The notes beneath the pieces were generated by a model. That model saw only the letters and a list, made by a program, of their open reading frames with translations, was not told where the DNA came from and searched no databases. The translations under genes were made by a program, and so were the position numbers. This document shows, piece after piece, positions 13,893-26,940 of a DNA stretch of 64,000 bases (within the stretch, counting starts at the first letter, position 1; each line of letters opens with the position of its first letter). Source of the stretch: the human T2T-CHM13v2.0 reference genome, Homo sapiens; assembly GCF_009914755.1 (NCBI RefSeq), contig NC_060927.1; one strand, given 5' to 3'.

Positions 13893-14724
13893 CTTGCATT
13901 AAGGAAGTTGTAGAATACTGTAACCACAATTTTGCACCACGTTACTGTTTATCTTCTGTGCTGTTACAGCATCGACAGCAGGAGCTGGAGGTGGAAACTC
14001 ATGGAACAACCATCAAGAATACTGTGTTCTCTTGTGCTCATTTCTGATGTTCCACACAAGGACCAGGTTGTTCCACCTGTAGCTGATTTAATATCAAATT
14101 GCACAACAAATCTTTTGAGAAAATCCTCTATGCTTAAGAATGTTACATATTGAAAAGGAATCCTACCCAGCCATTCTCAACTTGTCATTCACCATGACAT
14201 TCACAGAAACTGTAGGATAAGTCTTTTTCTCTTCCAGCTTTCCAATCTCTCTTTAGCACTTCCTATTGGCAGAGCCTACCTAGTAGGAAGCAGCTGGAAA
14301 GCTATAATAGGGTTGGCAGAGCCTTGGGCACAACATCACAAGGTGGCATACAGAAGAGTGGGCTTGGAGCTGAGATAATAGCTGAAAAACTGGCACAACT
14401 TGCCTGCCCACCACACACCAAAAACATTCTTGGAGCATATCATGCTTCTGTGTTTCTTGCTTCACCATGAAACTTGAGCAATTCCTTCAGCATCATAGGT
14501 GGAAAACAGCCTTGACTTCAGTTGTCCTGGGACAAGCCTTTCTAAGCTCCCATACTCATGTTTTTAAAATATATTTTATTACATTATTCACTCATTATTC
14601 AATGCCAAATATAGCAGACAAACAAGCTTCAAGTTAAATAGTTTAAAAAGCAACAAACAAATAACTTATAAATTATCTTAAGGGATGGAAATTACTGAGG
14701 AGCTTATTATATTTTATTTCACTT

Positions 14725-15205
14725 CTTTTTTATTGTACATATTTAAGGTATACAACATGATGTTTTGATACATGTACCTTGATATACACATACGTAGTGA
14801 AGTAATTACTGTAGTCAAGCAAATTAACATATCCATCATCTCATATAGTTTCTTTGTGTGTATGTAATAAAAGTACCTAAAATATACTATCTTGGCAAAT
14901 TACCAGTATACAATATTTCTGACTCTAGTCTTCATGTTGTATATTACATCTTTAGACTATTCATCCTACCTGCAACTGTGTATGCTTTGACTTACATCTT
15001 CCCATTTAATCCCTCCCCCCAACAGCCACCATTCTATTCTCTGTTTCTATGTGCTGTATGCAATCTGTTTTCTTTTTTTAGATTCCGATCATGCAGTATT
15101 TTTCTTTCTGTGTCTGGCTTATTTCACTTAGCACAATGTCCTCTAAGTTCATCCACGCTGTCACAAGTGGCAGGATCTCCTCTTTTTAAAGCTGAATAAT
15201 ATTCC

Positions 15206-15236
<31 letters not shown>

Positions 15237-15280
15237 GTGTATTCATCCATCAGTAAACACAGGTTGTTTCTATATCTTGC
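14725..15280 (-). mobile_element. L1MA (MA8/9-like) 3' fragment containing a (GT)n tract
   Basis: TATTGTACATATTTAAGGTATACAACATGATG...GTCAAGCAAATTAACATATCCATCA...TGGCTTATTTCACTTAGCA. Confidence 0.7.
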
Positions 15281-15287
15281 CATGCTT

Positions 15288-15706
15288 CTTTTTTTTTTTT
15301 CTTCAACTTTTAAGTTCCGGGGTACATGTGCAGGATGTGCAGGTTTGTTACACAGGTAAACATGTGCCATGGTGGTTTGCTGCACAGATCATCCCATCAT
15401 CCAGGTATTAAGCCCAGCATCCATTAGTTATTTTTCCTGATGCTATCCCTCCCCCACCAACCCCCGACAGGCCCCAGTGTGTGTTGTTCCACCCCTGTGT
15501 CCATGTATTCTCATTATTCGGCTTCCACTTGTAAGTGAGAACATGTGGTGTTTGGTTTTCTGTTCCTGTGTTAGTTTGCTGAGGATAATAGCTTCCAACT
15601 CCATTCATATCCCTGCAAAGGACATGATTTCATTCCTTCTTATGGCTGCATAGTATTCCATGGTGTATATTTACCACATTTTCTTTATCCAGTCTGTTAT
15701 TGATGG
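15288..15706 (-). mobile_element. Short L1PA 3' end next to or nested in the L1MA
   Basis: T tract then TTTAAGTTCCGGGGTACATGTGCAGGATGTGCAGGTTTGTTAC...; ATGCTT on both flanks as a possible TSD. Confidence 0.85.
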
Positions 15707-17284
15707 TATGCTTTTATTTTTTTAGTTATCAGTACAAAGGCATAAATATTTTTATGGCTTTCTATATATGGATATACAAAGAAAATTCTCAAAAGGCTAT
15801 TTGTTTTGTTTCATACACCAGGTAGACAGACAGTAGTTCTGTGGTTACTATAAACATATGATTCAAACAGCCTAATTTTCTGAAAAAGGAAAAAAACATT
15901 ATGCCTATCTTATTTTCTACTTAAACAGAACTTTTTATTTCAAATAAAAGCATGAATCAAGCATAAAACAACCTAATTGCTAATCACTGTATTTTAAAAT
16001 TATCCTTAATTAGAGAAAAATCTAAAGTGAATACTGCCATATTAGAAACTTTTCTTGTGTGTCCTTAATTTGTATCTGTCACTCATAAAGCTAACCCTGC
16101 ATGCCTGTTCCCCTCCCCAGCTTTAGAGAAACACACAGTTTTACTCACATTGAACCTATTTCTCGAATGCAAGTGCCATCATCCTAGGCATGACACAGAA
16201 GGTACATTTAACAGCTTCACTGGGTGACAAAGTTCTTAAGACCTGTGCTATTCTGAGTGTTGTCCTTTTGATTATATTTTGTAAATGAGAATATATGCAT
16301 TAACTAGTTTTCTTAAGGCTCCAAGCCTGAGCTCCTGCCTGTATTTTGATTATGTGTGTTTTTGCTTTTTTGTTTTTCTTTGTTTTTGCTTTTTTTGTTG
16401 ATACTTTAAAAACAGTATCTTTATGTCATCCTGTCCTTAGATGGAAACTGAGAGAGGGAAAACCTAGGCATGCCAGCATCCAACACTGTCTGGCTTAGAT
16501 CAGAGAGGAAGAAAATATTCCTCTCAACTTCAGCTTGCGAGTTTTTTGAAGTTAGCATTTGTACTTTCCTTGATTTGCAAAAACTGATGGTAAAGAAACT
16601 ATTACACAGGAAGAATTAAATATAAAAGCACCTGGTTCCAAAGCATATAGGAACAATCCTAACTTTGCTGGAATGTAACACTTCAAAAACTATTTCAGTG
16701 GAACATGGAGAGTTTATAGAGGAGCTTAAAAATGGCTTAAAATTTCAAATGAAAGTTGAGATGCTTGCAAGCTTGGACTCAAACTATTTTAATGCTGGGC
16801 CTTTAGGCAATAATTTCCTTTTTGTTCATCTCATCCAATATAGAAAATAATGGGGTGAGGCTTCCATCCTACCAGCTGCAGTTTGTGGGCACCCTCAGGA
16901 CTGAAGCTAAGGCAAGCAATTGCCACTTAAACCTAGGACAGTGTCAGCAGCACCAGATATTATGTGAATCAAGGAAATGTTGAAGGACTCTGTGACAGAG
17001 CTTTAGAGATGAAACGAATAAAATTTGACCTGATTCCTCAATAAGGGTTCCTGCCAGAGTGAAAAACTAAGCATTGGTATGAGTGCAGCAGCTGTTTGGT
17101 CCTGGTGCTGGTTTCAGCACAGGTTGCAACTGATGGGTGAAGCAGTAGTGATACACTGCTCCCACTCATTGCTTTCATCCCCTTGTTACATTTCCAGGAG
17201 GCATCCTTGGCTGTAAATAGTGATGATCACAGTCCTTACCACTGATTAGGAACACTCCTGCCTATAATTTATGGCAACTAATTG

Positions 17285-17675
17285 GTGTTCCTCAAAGTGT
17301 GGTCCCAGATGAGGAGCCGCAGTATCACTGGAGGTCCCATTAGAAATGCAGAATCTGACCAGCTGTGGTGGCTCGTGCTTGTAATCCTAGCACTTTGGGA
17401 GGCTGAGACGGGAGAATTGCTTGGGGCCAGGAATTCAAGACCAGTCTGGGTGACACAGTGAAACCCTTGGGTGACATAGTGAAACCCCTGTCTCTACCCC
17501 CACCCAAGAAGAAGGAGAAGGAGGAGGAGGAGGAGGAGAGAAGGAGGAGGAGAGGAGGAGGGGGAGGGAGGGGGAGGGGAGGGGAAGGGGAGGGGGGAGG
17601 GGAGGGAACGAGAGAAAGAAATGCAGAATCTTAGGCCCTACTGCAGACCTCATTTTTAAACAAGTTCCCCAGATG
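17285..17675. mobile_element. MER5A-like DNA transposon split by an Alu monomer
   Basis: GTTCCTCAAAGTGTGGTCCC...TTAGAAATGCAGAATCT | resumes TAGGCCCCTAC...CATTTTTAAACAAGTTCCCCAG. Confidence 0.7.
17357..17616 (+). mobile_element. FLAM / Alu left-monomer insertion with a G-rich polypurine tail
   Basis: Left-monomer sequence with internal duplication (TGGGTGACA.AGTGAAACCC x2); perfect 15-bp TSD AGAAATGCAGAATCT at 17342-17356 and 17617-17631. Confidence 0.85.
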
Positions 17676-19750
17676 AGAAAATCATATCCAAACTGTCCGT
17701 CCTCCTCAGTATGTCTGACTTGCTCCACTCTGCAGATTTCCATGTATTCCCAACAGTCTGCTTCCAACTTAAGCCCATTTCCTGCTTTCTTCAGATTCTT
17801 CACTGTCCTTCAGTCTAATTTTTCCTCTATCTCTTCTCCCATTAGATAAAATACTAAGGTAGAATGATGGGAAAGAAAGGAGGAAGAGGGGAAAGAGGGA
17901 AGTAAGGAAAGAAAAATTGAAGGAAGGTGAAGAGGAAGAAGAGGTGGGAAGGGAGATAGGGAAGGAGGGAGAAAAACCTACTTCAGTTGTGCCATAGTAT
18001 CATTGGCGTTCTTGAGCTCTATTTCAATCCCAAACAAATACATAAACACAAATATATCCCATTCATTATTTCCATTTTAAAATGAAGCAGTTACTTTCAT
18101 ACAGAAGAGAATGTTAATTAGTGTGATAATTTGGAGAGCAATTTGGCAACGTCTGTTCAAATTTTTTAAGTGAAAATTCTCTTTAATTCAGCAAATTTCA
18201 GAATTTATGCTATATAAATACTTGTATAAATGCACAAAAACATATATCAAAGGTATATACTTACAGAATTTTTTTAATAACAAAAAGCTATAAATAGCCT
18301 AAAAGTATCAATAAGAGTTGTTTTGGAAAGTCAACATATATCTCTGCAAATGCATACTGTCCTGGCATTAAAAAGAAGTGAGAAAGATCTGCACACGCTT
18401 GTGTGGTGAGCTCTCTAGAGTATATTGTTAACCGAGAAAAGGAAGATGCAGAACAATAGGCATATATGATCTCATCCATATGTCATTGTTTAGTATGCGT
18501 GTGTACATGTGTATATATATATATATATATATATTTATAAAACAGTTGATAATTTATAATATTTATATCCAATGGCATATTCTATAGCCATTACAAAAAC
18601 TATTTTGGTAGAAATTTGAATAACTTAGGACATTCTGGTGATGTAATGCTAATTGAACTAATGTAAGCAGGACATTAATATCATTTTTTATTTTTGACCC
18701 ACCTTTCTTGAGCATTTTCCAATATGATTAAATATTCCAAAAACATCATTAATTTCTCTATAATATAATATTGTACTCTTGGGTTTTTGGGTTGTTTTCA
18801 GTTTTATAACTCATATATAATGTTGACATAAACTTTTTTTTACCTAATGCTATTTTCAAATTTCAGACTAAGATAAATATCTTGTAATTACTAGTTCATA
18901 GATGTGACCTTTTATTATAATTACTAGTTCACAGGATTCTTACTTATTGCCAAATTGATTTCCATACTCCACAAAGATTTTTAATATAATCAATTTTTTC
19001 TAATGTGACTTGTTATTAAAAGTCATTTATTTAACAAACTTTTACATTTGAAAGAAAATACTTATTAATGCCTACTGTGTGCTAAGCTCCCTTGGCACTC
19101 ACTAGGCACATCATTACAAATAAGCATGATTCCTACTTTACTACTCAAAGTGTGATATTGGGCTGGTATGGGAAAAACAGACATTGAAACACACAATTAC
19201 ACTGTGATGCAGTTCAGGCTGTCATAGAATTATGCCCAGAGTGCCATAGAGACTCAGCATGCTTATAGTATGATTGTAATAATTAACCAAAAAGGGACTA
19301 CTTTGCTTTGAAATATTCAAATACTCTCCCACCTTCCAACTAGAGTGGTGGTAACTTGGTGGTGGGTCTGTAGGGGAAATATCTTCTCTTCTTACTCCTA
19401 TCAGAGTTTACCTGACTGTGACAAGGAAGTAGAAAAGAAACTTGCCCTAATTTTTGGTGTCAAAGTCTAGCACCATTTATATCTACCTTTCTTTCACACA
19501 TGCAAAAAATAAATCTCCTTCAAGGACACATACATTCATCCTGAATCTATAACTGAACCTTACTTTCTAATACACTATTCTTTATGGTGGCTTAGAATAC
19601 AAAGATGGTTATCTAGCCTCTGAAAACATTTTTTTTTAATTTCATAAAAACAAGTCTCCAAGTAAAATAAACAATGCAGCCTCCAGAAACAGCACTTTCT
19701 ATTTTTTCAATATTTCTTGTCAAGAAATTCTAAACTAAAATATTCTAATT

Positions 19751-19828
19751 AATCTGAACTGTATGAAATTGCCCATATTTGACTTGTTTTTAACCTGTAA
19801 AAATGGCAATTCCATATAGCTCAACATA
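19751..19828. mobile_element. MER53-like palindromic MITE
   Basis: TGAACTGTATGAAATTGCC...GGCAATTCCATATAGCTCAAC inverted arms resemble recalled MER53 termini. Confidence 0.7.
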
Positions 19829-20509
19829 AAACCTGTGATTTAATTCTTTTTTTTCTTCCCCAGGATTGCCCATATGTTAGATCTTATCAAAACTGTTTTA
19901 CAACAAATAATTTCTGCAGTACCTTCCCCAGATACAAAGAAAATAAAAGAAAAATTAAATTATTAACACAGGTTTATGCTTGGTTGTCACTTTCTAGTCA
20001 GATCATCAGTAAAATAAAATTAGAATGTAGTAGTACCCAAATTAAAGAGAAAATGGTTTCCTGCTTAGTTAAGCAAAGAAAATTCTAGCCAATGCAGAAT
20101 TAGAAGTCAGGAGTAAATGTGGACAAGGAGATCCAGCAAACTACCAAACAAACTGTGATTCATAATCTCCATCTCATGCAAGGCTGGTGTTCTCCTCTTA
20201 AGACATAGAACAGTAGACTAATTAATACTAACAATGTGTTAAAAATCAAAACTATTATTAATGCAAATCTGTCCTCCAGAGATGGGGAAGAGGAGGGAGA
20301 GAGAGAGAGAGAGAGAAGGAAAGACAGCTGTAGCCTGAAATTGATGGTAACTCCTTCTACAGTACCTTTACCAGATTTAAACTCATATTGTAAAAAAGAA
20401 AGCTTAGTATTTCAGTAGAGGATGCTGTATGGGAAACAATGCCTCCCAGCTTAGAAAGCTGGCCTGATCCTATAAGAATGTCAGAATTCTATGTCAATGC
20501 TAGTTCATA

Positions 20510-22251
20510 AGGCAATCCCATTTACAATAGCGAGACAAAAAATAAAATACCTGGGAATATATCTAACAGAGGAGGTGAAATATCTCTACAGAGAGAACTA
20601 CAAAACACTGCTAAGAAATCATAGATGACACAAACAAATACAAAAACATTCCATATTCATGAATTGGGAGAATCAATATTGTTAAAATGGCAATACTACC
20701 CAAAGCAATCTACAGATTCAATGCTATTGCTATCAAATGACCAACAGAATTTTTTCACAAAATTAGGAAAAAACTATTATAAAATTCACATTGAACTAAA
20801 AAAGAGCCCAAATAGCCAAAGCAATCCTAAGCAAAAAGAACAAAGCTGGAGGCATCACATTACCCGGCTTCAAACTGTACTATAAGGCTACAGTAACCAA
20901 AACAGCATGATACTGGTACAAAAACAGACACATAGACCAATGGAACAGAATAGAGAACCCAGAAATAAGCCTCACACCTACAGCTGTCTAATTTTTGACA
21001 AAGTCTTCCAAAAATAAGCAATGGGGAAAGGACTCCCTATTCAATAAATGGTGCTGGGATAGCTGGCTAGCCATAGGCAGAAGAATAAAACAGGATCCCT
21101 ACCTTTTACCATATATAAAAATTAACTAAAGATGGATTAAAGATTTAAATGTAAGACCTCAAACTGTAAGAATTCTAGAAGAAAACCTAGGAAACACCAT
21201 TCTGGACATCAGCCTTGGGAAATAATATATGAATAAGTTCTCAAAAGCAATTCCAACACAAGCAAAAACTGACAAGTGGAACCTAATTAAATGAAAAAGC
21301 TTCTGCACAGCCAAAGAAACTATCAACAGAGTAAACAGACAACCTACAGAATGGGAGAAAATATTTGCAAACTATGTAATAAAGGTCTAGTATCCAGAAT
21401 CTTTAAGGAGCTTAAATAATTAAGCAAAAAACCAAATAACCCCATTTAAAAAATGGGCAAGACATGGACACCTCTGAAAAGAAGACATACAAGTGGCCAA
21501 GAAACATGAAAACATGCTCAACATCACTAAATATCAGAGAAATGGAAATCAAAACCACAATGAGATACCATCTCACATCAGTCAGAATGGCTATTATCAA
21601 AAAATCAAAAAACAACAGATGCTAGTGAGGCTGCAGAGAAAAGCTAAGGTTTATACACTGTTGGTGGGAATGTAAATTAGTTCAGCCACTGTGGAAAGCA
21701 GCTTGGAGATTTCTTAAAGAATTTAAAACAGGAATACCATTTGACCTAGCAATCCCATTACTGAGTATATATCTAAAAGAAAACAAAGTGTTCAACCAAA
21801 AAGACACATGCACATGTATGTTCATCGCAGCACTATTCACAATAGCAAAGACATGGAATCAACCTAGGTGCTCATCAGTGGGGGACTGGATAAAGAAAAT
21901 GTGGTAAATATACACCATGGAATATGCTGCAGCCATAAAAAAGAATGTAATCATGTCCTTTGCAGCAACATGGATGCAGCTGGAGACCATTATTCTAAGC
22001 AAATTATTGTAGGAACAGAAACCAGATACCACATGTTGTCACTTATAGGCAATGAAGACCACTAGAGGAGGGAGGAAGAGAAGGGGAAAGTGTTGAAAAA
22101 CTGTTGAGTACTATGCTTGCTATCTGGGTGATCGGGCCATTCATATCCCAAACCTCAGCATCACACAATATACAGTATACCCATGTAACAAACCTGCACA
22201 TGTATGCATGCCCCCAAATCTAAAATAAAGTTGCAATTATATTTTTAAAAA
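20510..22251 (+). mobile_element. 5'-truncated L1PB-like element (ORF2 3' part and 3'UTR)
   Basis: Degenerate L1 ORF2 C-terminal sequence; TSD GCTAGTTCATA at 20499-20509 and 22252-22262. Confidence 0.88.
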
Positions 22252-23798
22252 GCTAGTTCATAGTTGTAACTACTTTCTAGAGTCTTGCTACTATAAATGT
22301 AATCACTGCTCAACATCACTAATCATCAGAGAAATGCAAACCAGAGCCTGTGTTTCTCGAACTCTAATGTGTATATGAAGAACTTGGGGTCTCATTAAAT
22401 GCAGATTGTGATTAGTAGGTCTGAGGAGGGGTGAGAGATTCTGCATGTCTAAGCAGCTCACATGTGATGCAATGCTGCTGGTGGGATCACGTTTCCTTGA
22501 GGCTTCAGCAGAGCATCCTTGTGATGGCCTTGGCTCCTCTTTTCTAAATTGTCAGTCTGACCCTGTGGGTCACATACTGAGCACTGATGAAGAGGCCCCC
22601 GCTCCCCTTCATTGTCCTTGCTCTCTCCTTGTTTGAATCTTTCCTTCTGTAAAATGGGATTAACAAACCCATGTAGAGAGTCCACTGAATGGCAGAACCT
22701 TAGACTTTCCAGTTAGAGGAAACTTTGGAGATTATATGATCTAACTTGTTCCCCTCTCCCCTGCATCACATCTTATGTCTGAAAGCCCATGCCTGAGATC
22801 CTACTCACTGAGTGTGCAGTTGTTATTCTCATCTCATTCCATCAGACCTAAGAAAGCTTGGCAGAATAAGGGCCTCTTGCAAATGTTTTCAAATACGTGG
22901 AAGTAGCTAGGACAAACAAACAAACCATTGCTCAAAAATCACTCAGCAAACCCCACCTTAACGAGGAATTTTCTCTTTTGGCTTCAGAAAGCAATTAAAA
23001 AACTCAGCATTTCTAGGCAAAAAGCTTTAGCAGTTCCCCTCTTGTTCTTTCTCACCACAGCAGGTGCTAAAGCACAGCTCAGTCTTGATTCATCCCTTCT
23101 GTCAAGAGCAGGTGTCAGCCTCAATTATTGTTTTGCAAATTCATTTCAGTCATTTAATGCAATTTCTGTAAAATGAGGTATCGATTCCCCAATCTCAGCT
23201 GTTTTTCCTGAAGCCTATACTACCTTGGCCTTCCTGGTCTCTTTCTATCTATCTCCATTCTACCTGTCTCCTTCCCCCATCTTCCTCTCTTTCTGGAATG
23301 CATGTCACATTTCCGGCCAGTGTTCTATAATAAACCCATTTGTAGTTGCCAAAGGAGAGGCATAATAAAGGCATTGTATGAATATGTTTGAATGAGAAAT
23401 TCGTGAAAATCAATTTTTATTTATGGTGAAACACTTAACTTGGATAGAATATGATATAAATCAAATGTAACTATGCCTCTGGAGGCACTATGAAAAAGGG
23501 AGTGTTCTAGTTTCATGAATTTGCTTTTGTTCTGTGTATATTGCTGTAGCACCATTTTTAAAGTCCTCTTCTTAATGAGTGTCTCTAGCCAGTAAATTTC
23601 ACACCTCATGTGTGTGAAGACAATTTATTGTGCAAACCAAGGCACTTTTGAGAGTAGATTGGGCAGCCATTGGTTATTGTGCTTCTGTGTCAGGCATGCA
23701 CTGGGACTGTCTCAGTAAACGGCTACACATGGCCATCCTAATTACAGGCAGTTTGGGATGAAGGACTCAGTGACAGTGTGGTATTGGGAGGTGAATCT

Positions 23799-24095
23799 GT
23801 TGAAGAAAAAAAGCATGAAACATAATTAAACAGGCAAGGAAGGCTTTATTCAAGACTACTGCAGCAGGGGAGAGATTAATCTTGACTCTGGTTGCAGCAG
23901 GGACAGCTGGGGATTTATGGCCAATGGGCATGGCGAAGGGGTCAGTGGATAGGAAATTACTAAGAGAATTTGGTTAGGTATTAAGGGTCGGGGGATTCTT
24001 GCTGAGCTGGGCTCTGCCGGCCAGGACCAGGCCTAGTCAAGAAGAGGCCTCAGAGGAACATGATTAAGGTTTGGTCAAGGAAAGAGTCCTTGTTG
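23799..24095 (-). mobile_element. MER31/MER67-type ERV LTR
   Basis: Ends ...GGCCTAGTCAAGAAGAGGCCTCAGAGG...AAGGTTTGGTCAAGGAAAGAGTCCTTGT, the reverse complement of the recalled MER31 LTR start; related copy at 50628-51537. Confidence 0.65.
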
Positions 24096-26563
24096 AAACT
24101 CACCAAATGAAATGCAGATTTTAAAATTCACTCTTAACTAAGGAAGCTGAATAGTTTCCCAGTCATGGGAACTCATCCTTGCTCTGAGAAATTCTTCCAA
24201 CTTTATGCTCTATTTTCTCCTTTGTGATTTTTAAAAAATTGTCCTTTGTAAATCTAGTTATTCTAGTTATGCTTGGTAAAGAAATCTATTTTATCTTCTG
24301 ATCTTTGCTTCTACTTCAGTAAAGCTGTGGTGAAATTGACTCTTCAAAAATGAAAAAAAGTGTGGCTTGAATTGATAAAGGAAGCACAATTGTAATTCAT
24401 TCAGGAAGGACTTCATCAAGTGGGCTATGTTTCATGGCACATTGTTTAGTGAGGCTTAGAGAACAGAAGGGAAAGCAAGGGGCTTATTTTTATGGTTTGT
24501 ACACATGTCCATCACAGTGGAGGCTCAATGAAGGTATCTGCTTCCCCCGATAGCCCAGTGCTCACTACTAGACAACTCCTTCCCCCTCTGAGCATTGGTT
24601 TTCTTGTCCATAAAATGAAGGTGTTCGATTAGGTGAGCTCCTTGGTACCTTACAGGGATTTAAAAAAATTCTGTAATTCTGATTTTTAAAATTACTCTGT
24701 CCCTCTCTGGATTGTGCTCCAATATTATAAAATATCCTCTTGAGGCCATTCTAAAGGATTGAATATGAGCAATGGTAAATCAATCTGAAAATAATGACTT
24801 AATGTAGAACCTGTGTCTGAAAAGCTCAGTATATTTTGTGGTTTATGATACAACACATCCAAGGAGATGTATGCAAGAATGTTCCAGCAGATTTATTAAT
24901 AAAAGCATGTGTGTTGGGGGAGGGGGATCAGCAGAGGAATAGCAACAACCTGAAATGTACTTCAGCAGGAGAATGAATACAGAAATAATGATGGAATGAC
25001 TCACAGTGAAAGTCAGCTATAGAATCAAAGGGCATAAATTTCAACAATTTTGAGCAAAAACAAGAAATAACTTATACCATTTACTTAAAGTGTAAAGACA
25101 TACAAAACAGTACTACTACTCATTTCTAAGGGGTACATACTTGTGTATATATAGTAAAAGTATTTTTTTAATTCTTGGTGGTGATAAACACCAGGCTCAG
25201 AATAGAGGTTCCCTCTGCGGGTGGGAAGGGAGTATGATTTGGGAGGGGAATTCATGGAGCTTCAGCTGTATTTGCTAATGTTTTATTTCTTAAACTGGGA
25301 GTTAGATATATATGTATTCACTGTATTATACTTTATATCTTTTCATATGTCTTAAAATATAACAACCTTATGATAAAGTTGGGATAATCATAAAAAGAGA
25401 TTGCATACATTTGTTTGCAAATTAGGAACAGTCACCATAATTTAGTGGTAGCAAAGCTAATGTGAATTTGAAATCTTCTTACTACCTGTCCTGCAATTAC
25501 AATGTACAAACATCAAAAAACAAAACAAAACTTCCAGTGTACACACTGGTGAAAGAACCACTAGTCAGATACCAGTCTCGAGTTGTTACTACTTAATTGC
25601 TATTGTTATTTATTTAAAATTTATACTGTGTGAGAAAAGTGTTTATGAAAACATACAGTTAGCTAAAAAGTTGTGATTGGATGCCAGATTGATAAATGAG
25701 CAGTTTACTCTGCAAATAAGTGCAAACTCAGCTATGAGCTTTCAGGTGGTCTAGACAACAAGAGAAACCTGCCTACTAGTTTCTTAGTAGACAACCTTAT
25801 GATAAAGTTGGAATTGTCATGAAAAGACATTGCACACATTTGTTTGTTTGTAGATTAGAAACAGAAGCTCTAATCTACAACTCTCAGTAGGAGAGCTGGA
25901 TTTTTCTTGGCTCTAAATTTTGGGGAAGAATTAATCACAAGAATCCTTATGTAATGGGTACTGAGGCATTTTGAGTGGTGCTTCTGTTGATTTGCTCTTG
26001 GCTGCAGCTCCTTGCTATTCATCCATTTCACACAGCACCCAGAGTGATCGTGCTGTAACAGAATTCAAATCATATCAACCCTCCAGAGGCTTCCCATTGC
26101 ACCCATGGCAAAGTCAAGCCCCCTTACCTGACCTCCAGGCTCCCTGCTCCTGCCTGACCATCTCACCTTGTCTCTTACCATTCTTCTCCTCTTAATTAGG
26201 CTCCACCCACCACAGTTGGTGACTCTTCTTCAGAGCTTATGAGAGCTGGGCATATCCTCTTCTCTCATTTAGGAATGCCCTTCTCCCAAGTCTTGGCTTG
26301 TATGACTCATCTTTATGATTCAAGTTTCCATTCAAATGACATTCTCGGTCCCACCCCTCAAAGAGGCTTTTCTTAATGAGCAAAAGTAGCCTCACCACCA
26401 CCACCTATACTATCCCTAAACCCAAGGCAAGAGGGGTGCTCTGGGCCCTGTGCTGTAGAGGGGTACCCTCCAGCCACATCCCTTCCCATGAAGCACGAAG
26501 TCCATGGAGCAAAGGGGACTTACACACCCAGAGCTTGCGTCTCCTCTGCTAGGTCATGCTCTG

Positions 26564-26940
26564 TGCTGTGGCTTGAATGTGACCCCTTCAAAATTCATAT
26601 GGAAACTTAATCTTCATTGAGGTAGTATTAAGAGATGAGATTTTGGGAAAGTGATTAAGTCATGAGGGCAGAGCCCTCAGGAATGGATTAATACCTTTAC
26701 AAAAGAGGTCTCAGAGAGATAATTGCCCCCTTTTGCCCGTCTAAGCTTTCTTCCCCTCCAGAGGACACAGCAAAAAAGTGCCATCTTGGAAGCAGAGGGA
26801 GCAGCTCCCACCAGACAGCAAATCTGCTAGCACCTTGACCTGGACCTTGGACTTCCCAGCCTCCAGAACTCTGAGAAATAAATTCTAATATTTATAAATT
26901 ACCTCTTCCATAGTATTTAAGCAGCACAAGCAAACTAAGA
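26564..26940 (+). mobile_element. MaLR LTR (MST/MLT1A-like)
   Basis: TGCTGTGGCTTGAATGT...TCATGAGGGCAGAGCCCTC...GGACTTCCCAGCCTCCAGAAC...AAATAAATT...AAACTAAGA. Confidence 0.8.

Noticed and set aside
17435-17803. Pro/Ser-rich 122-aa ORF
   Set aside because: Translation of the polypurine tract and Alu monomer.
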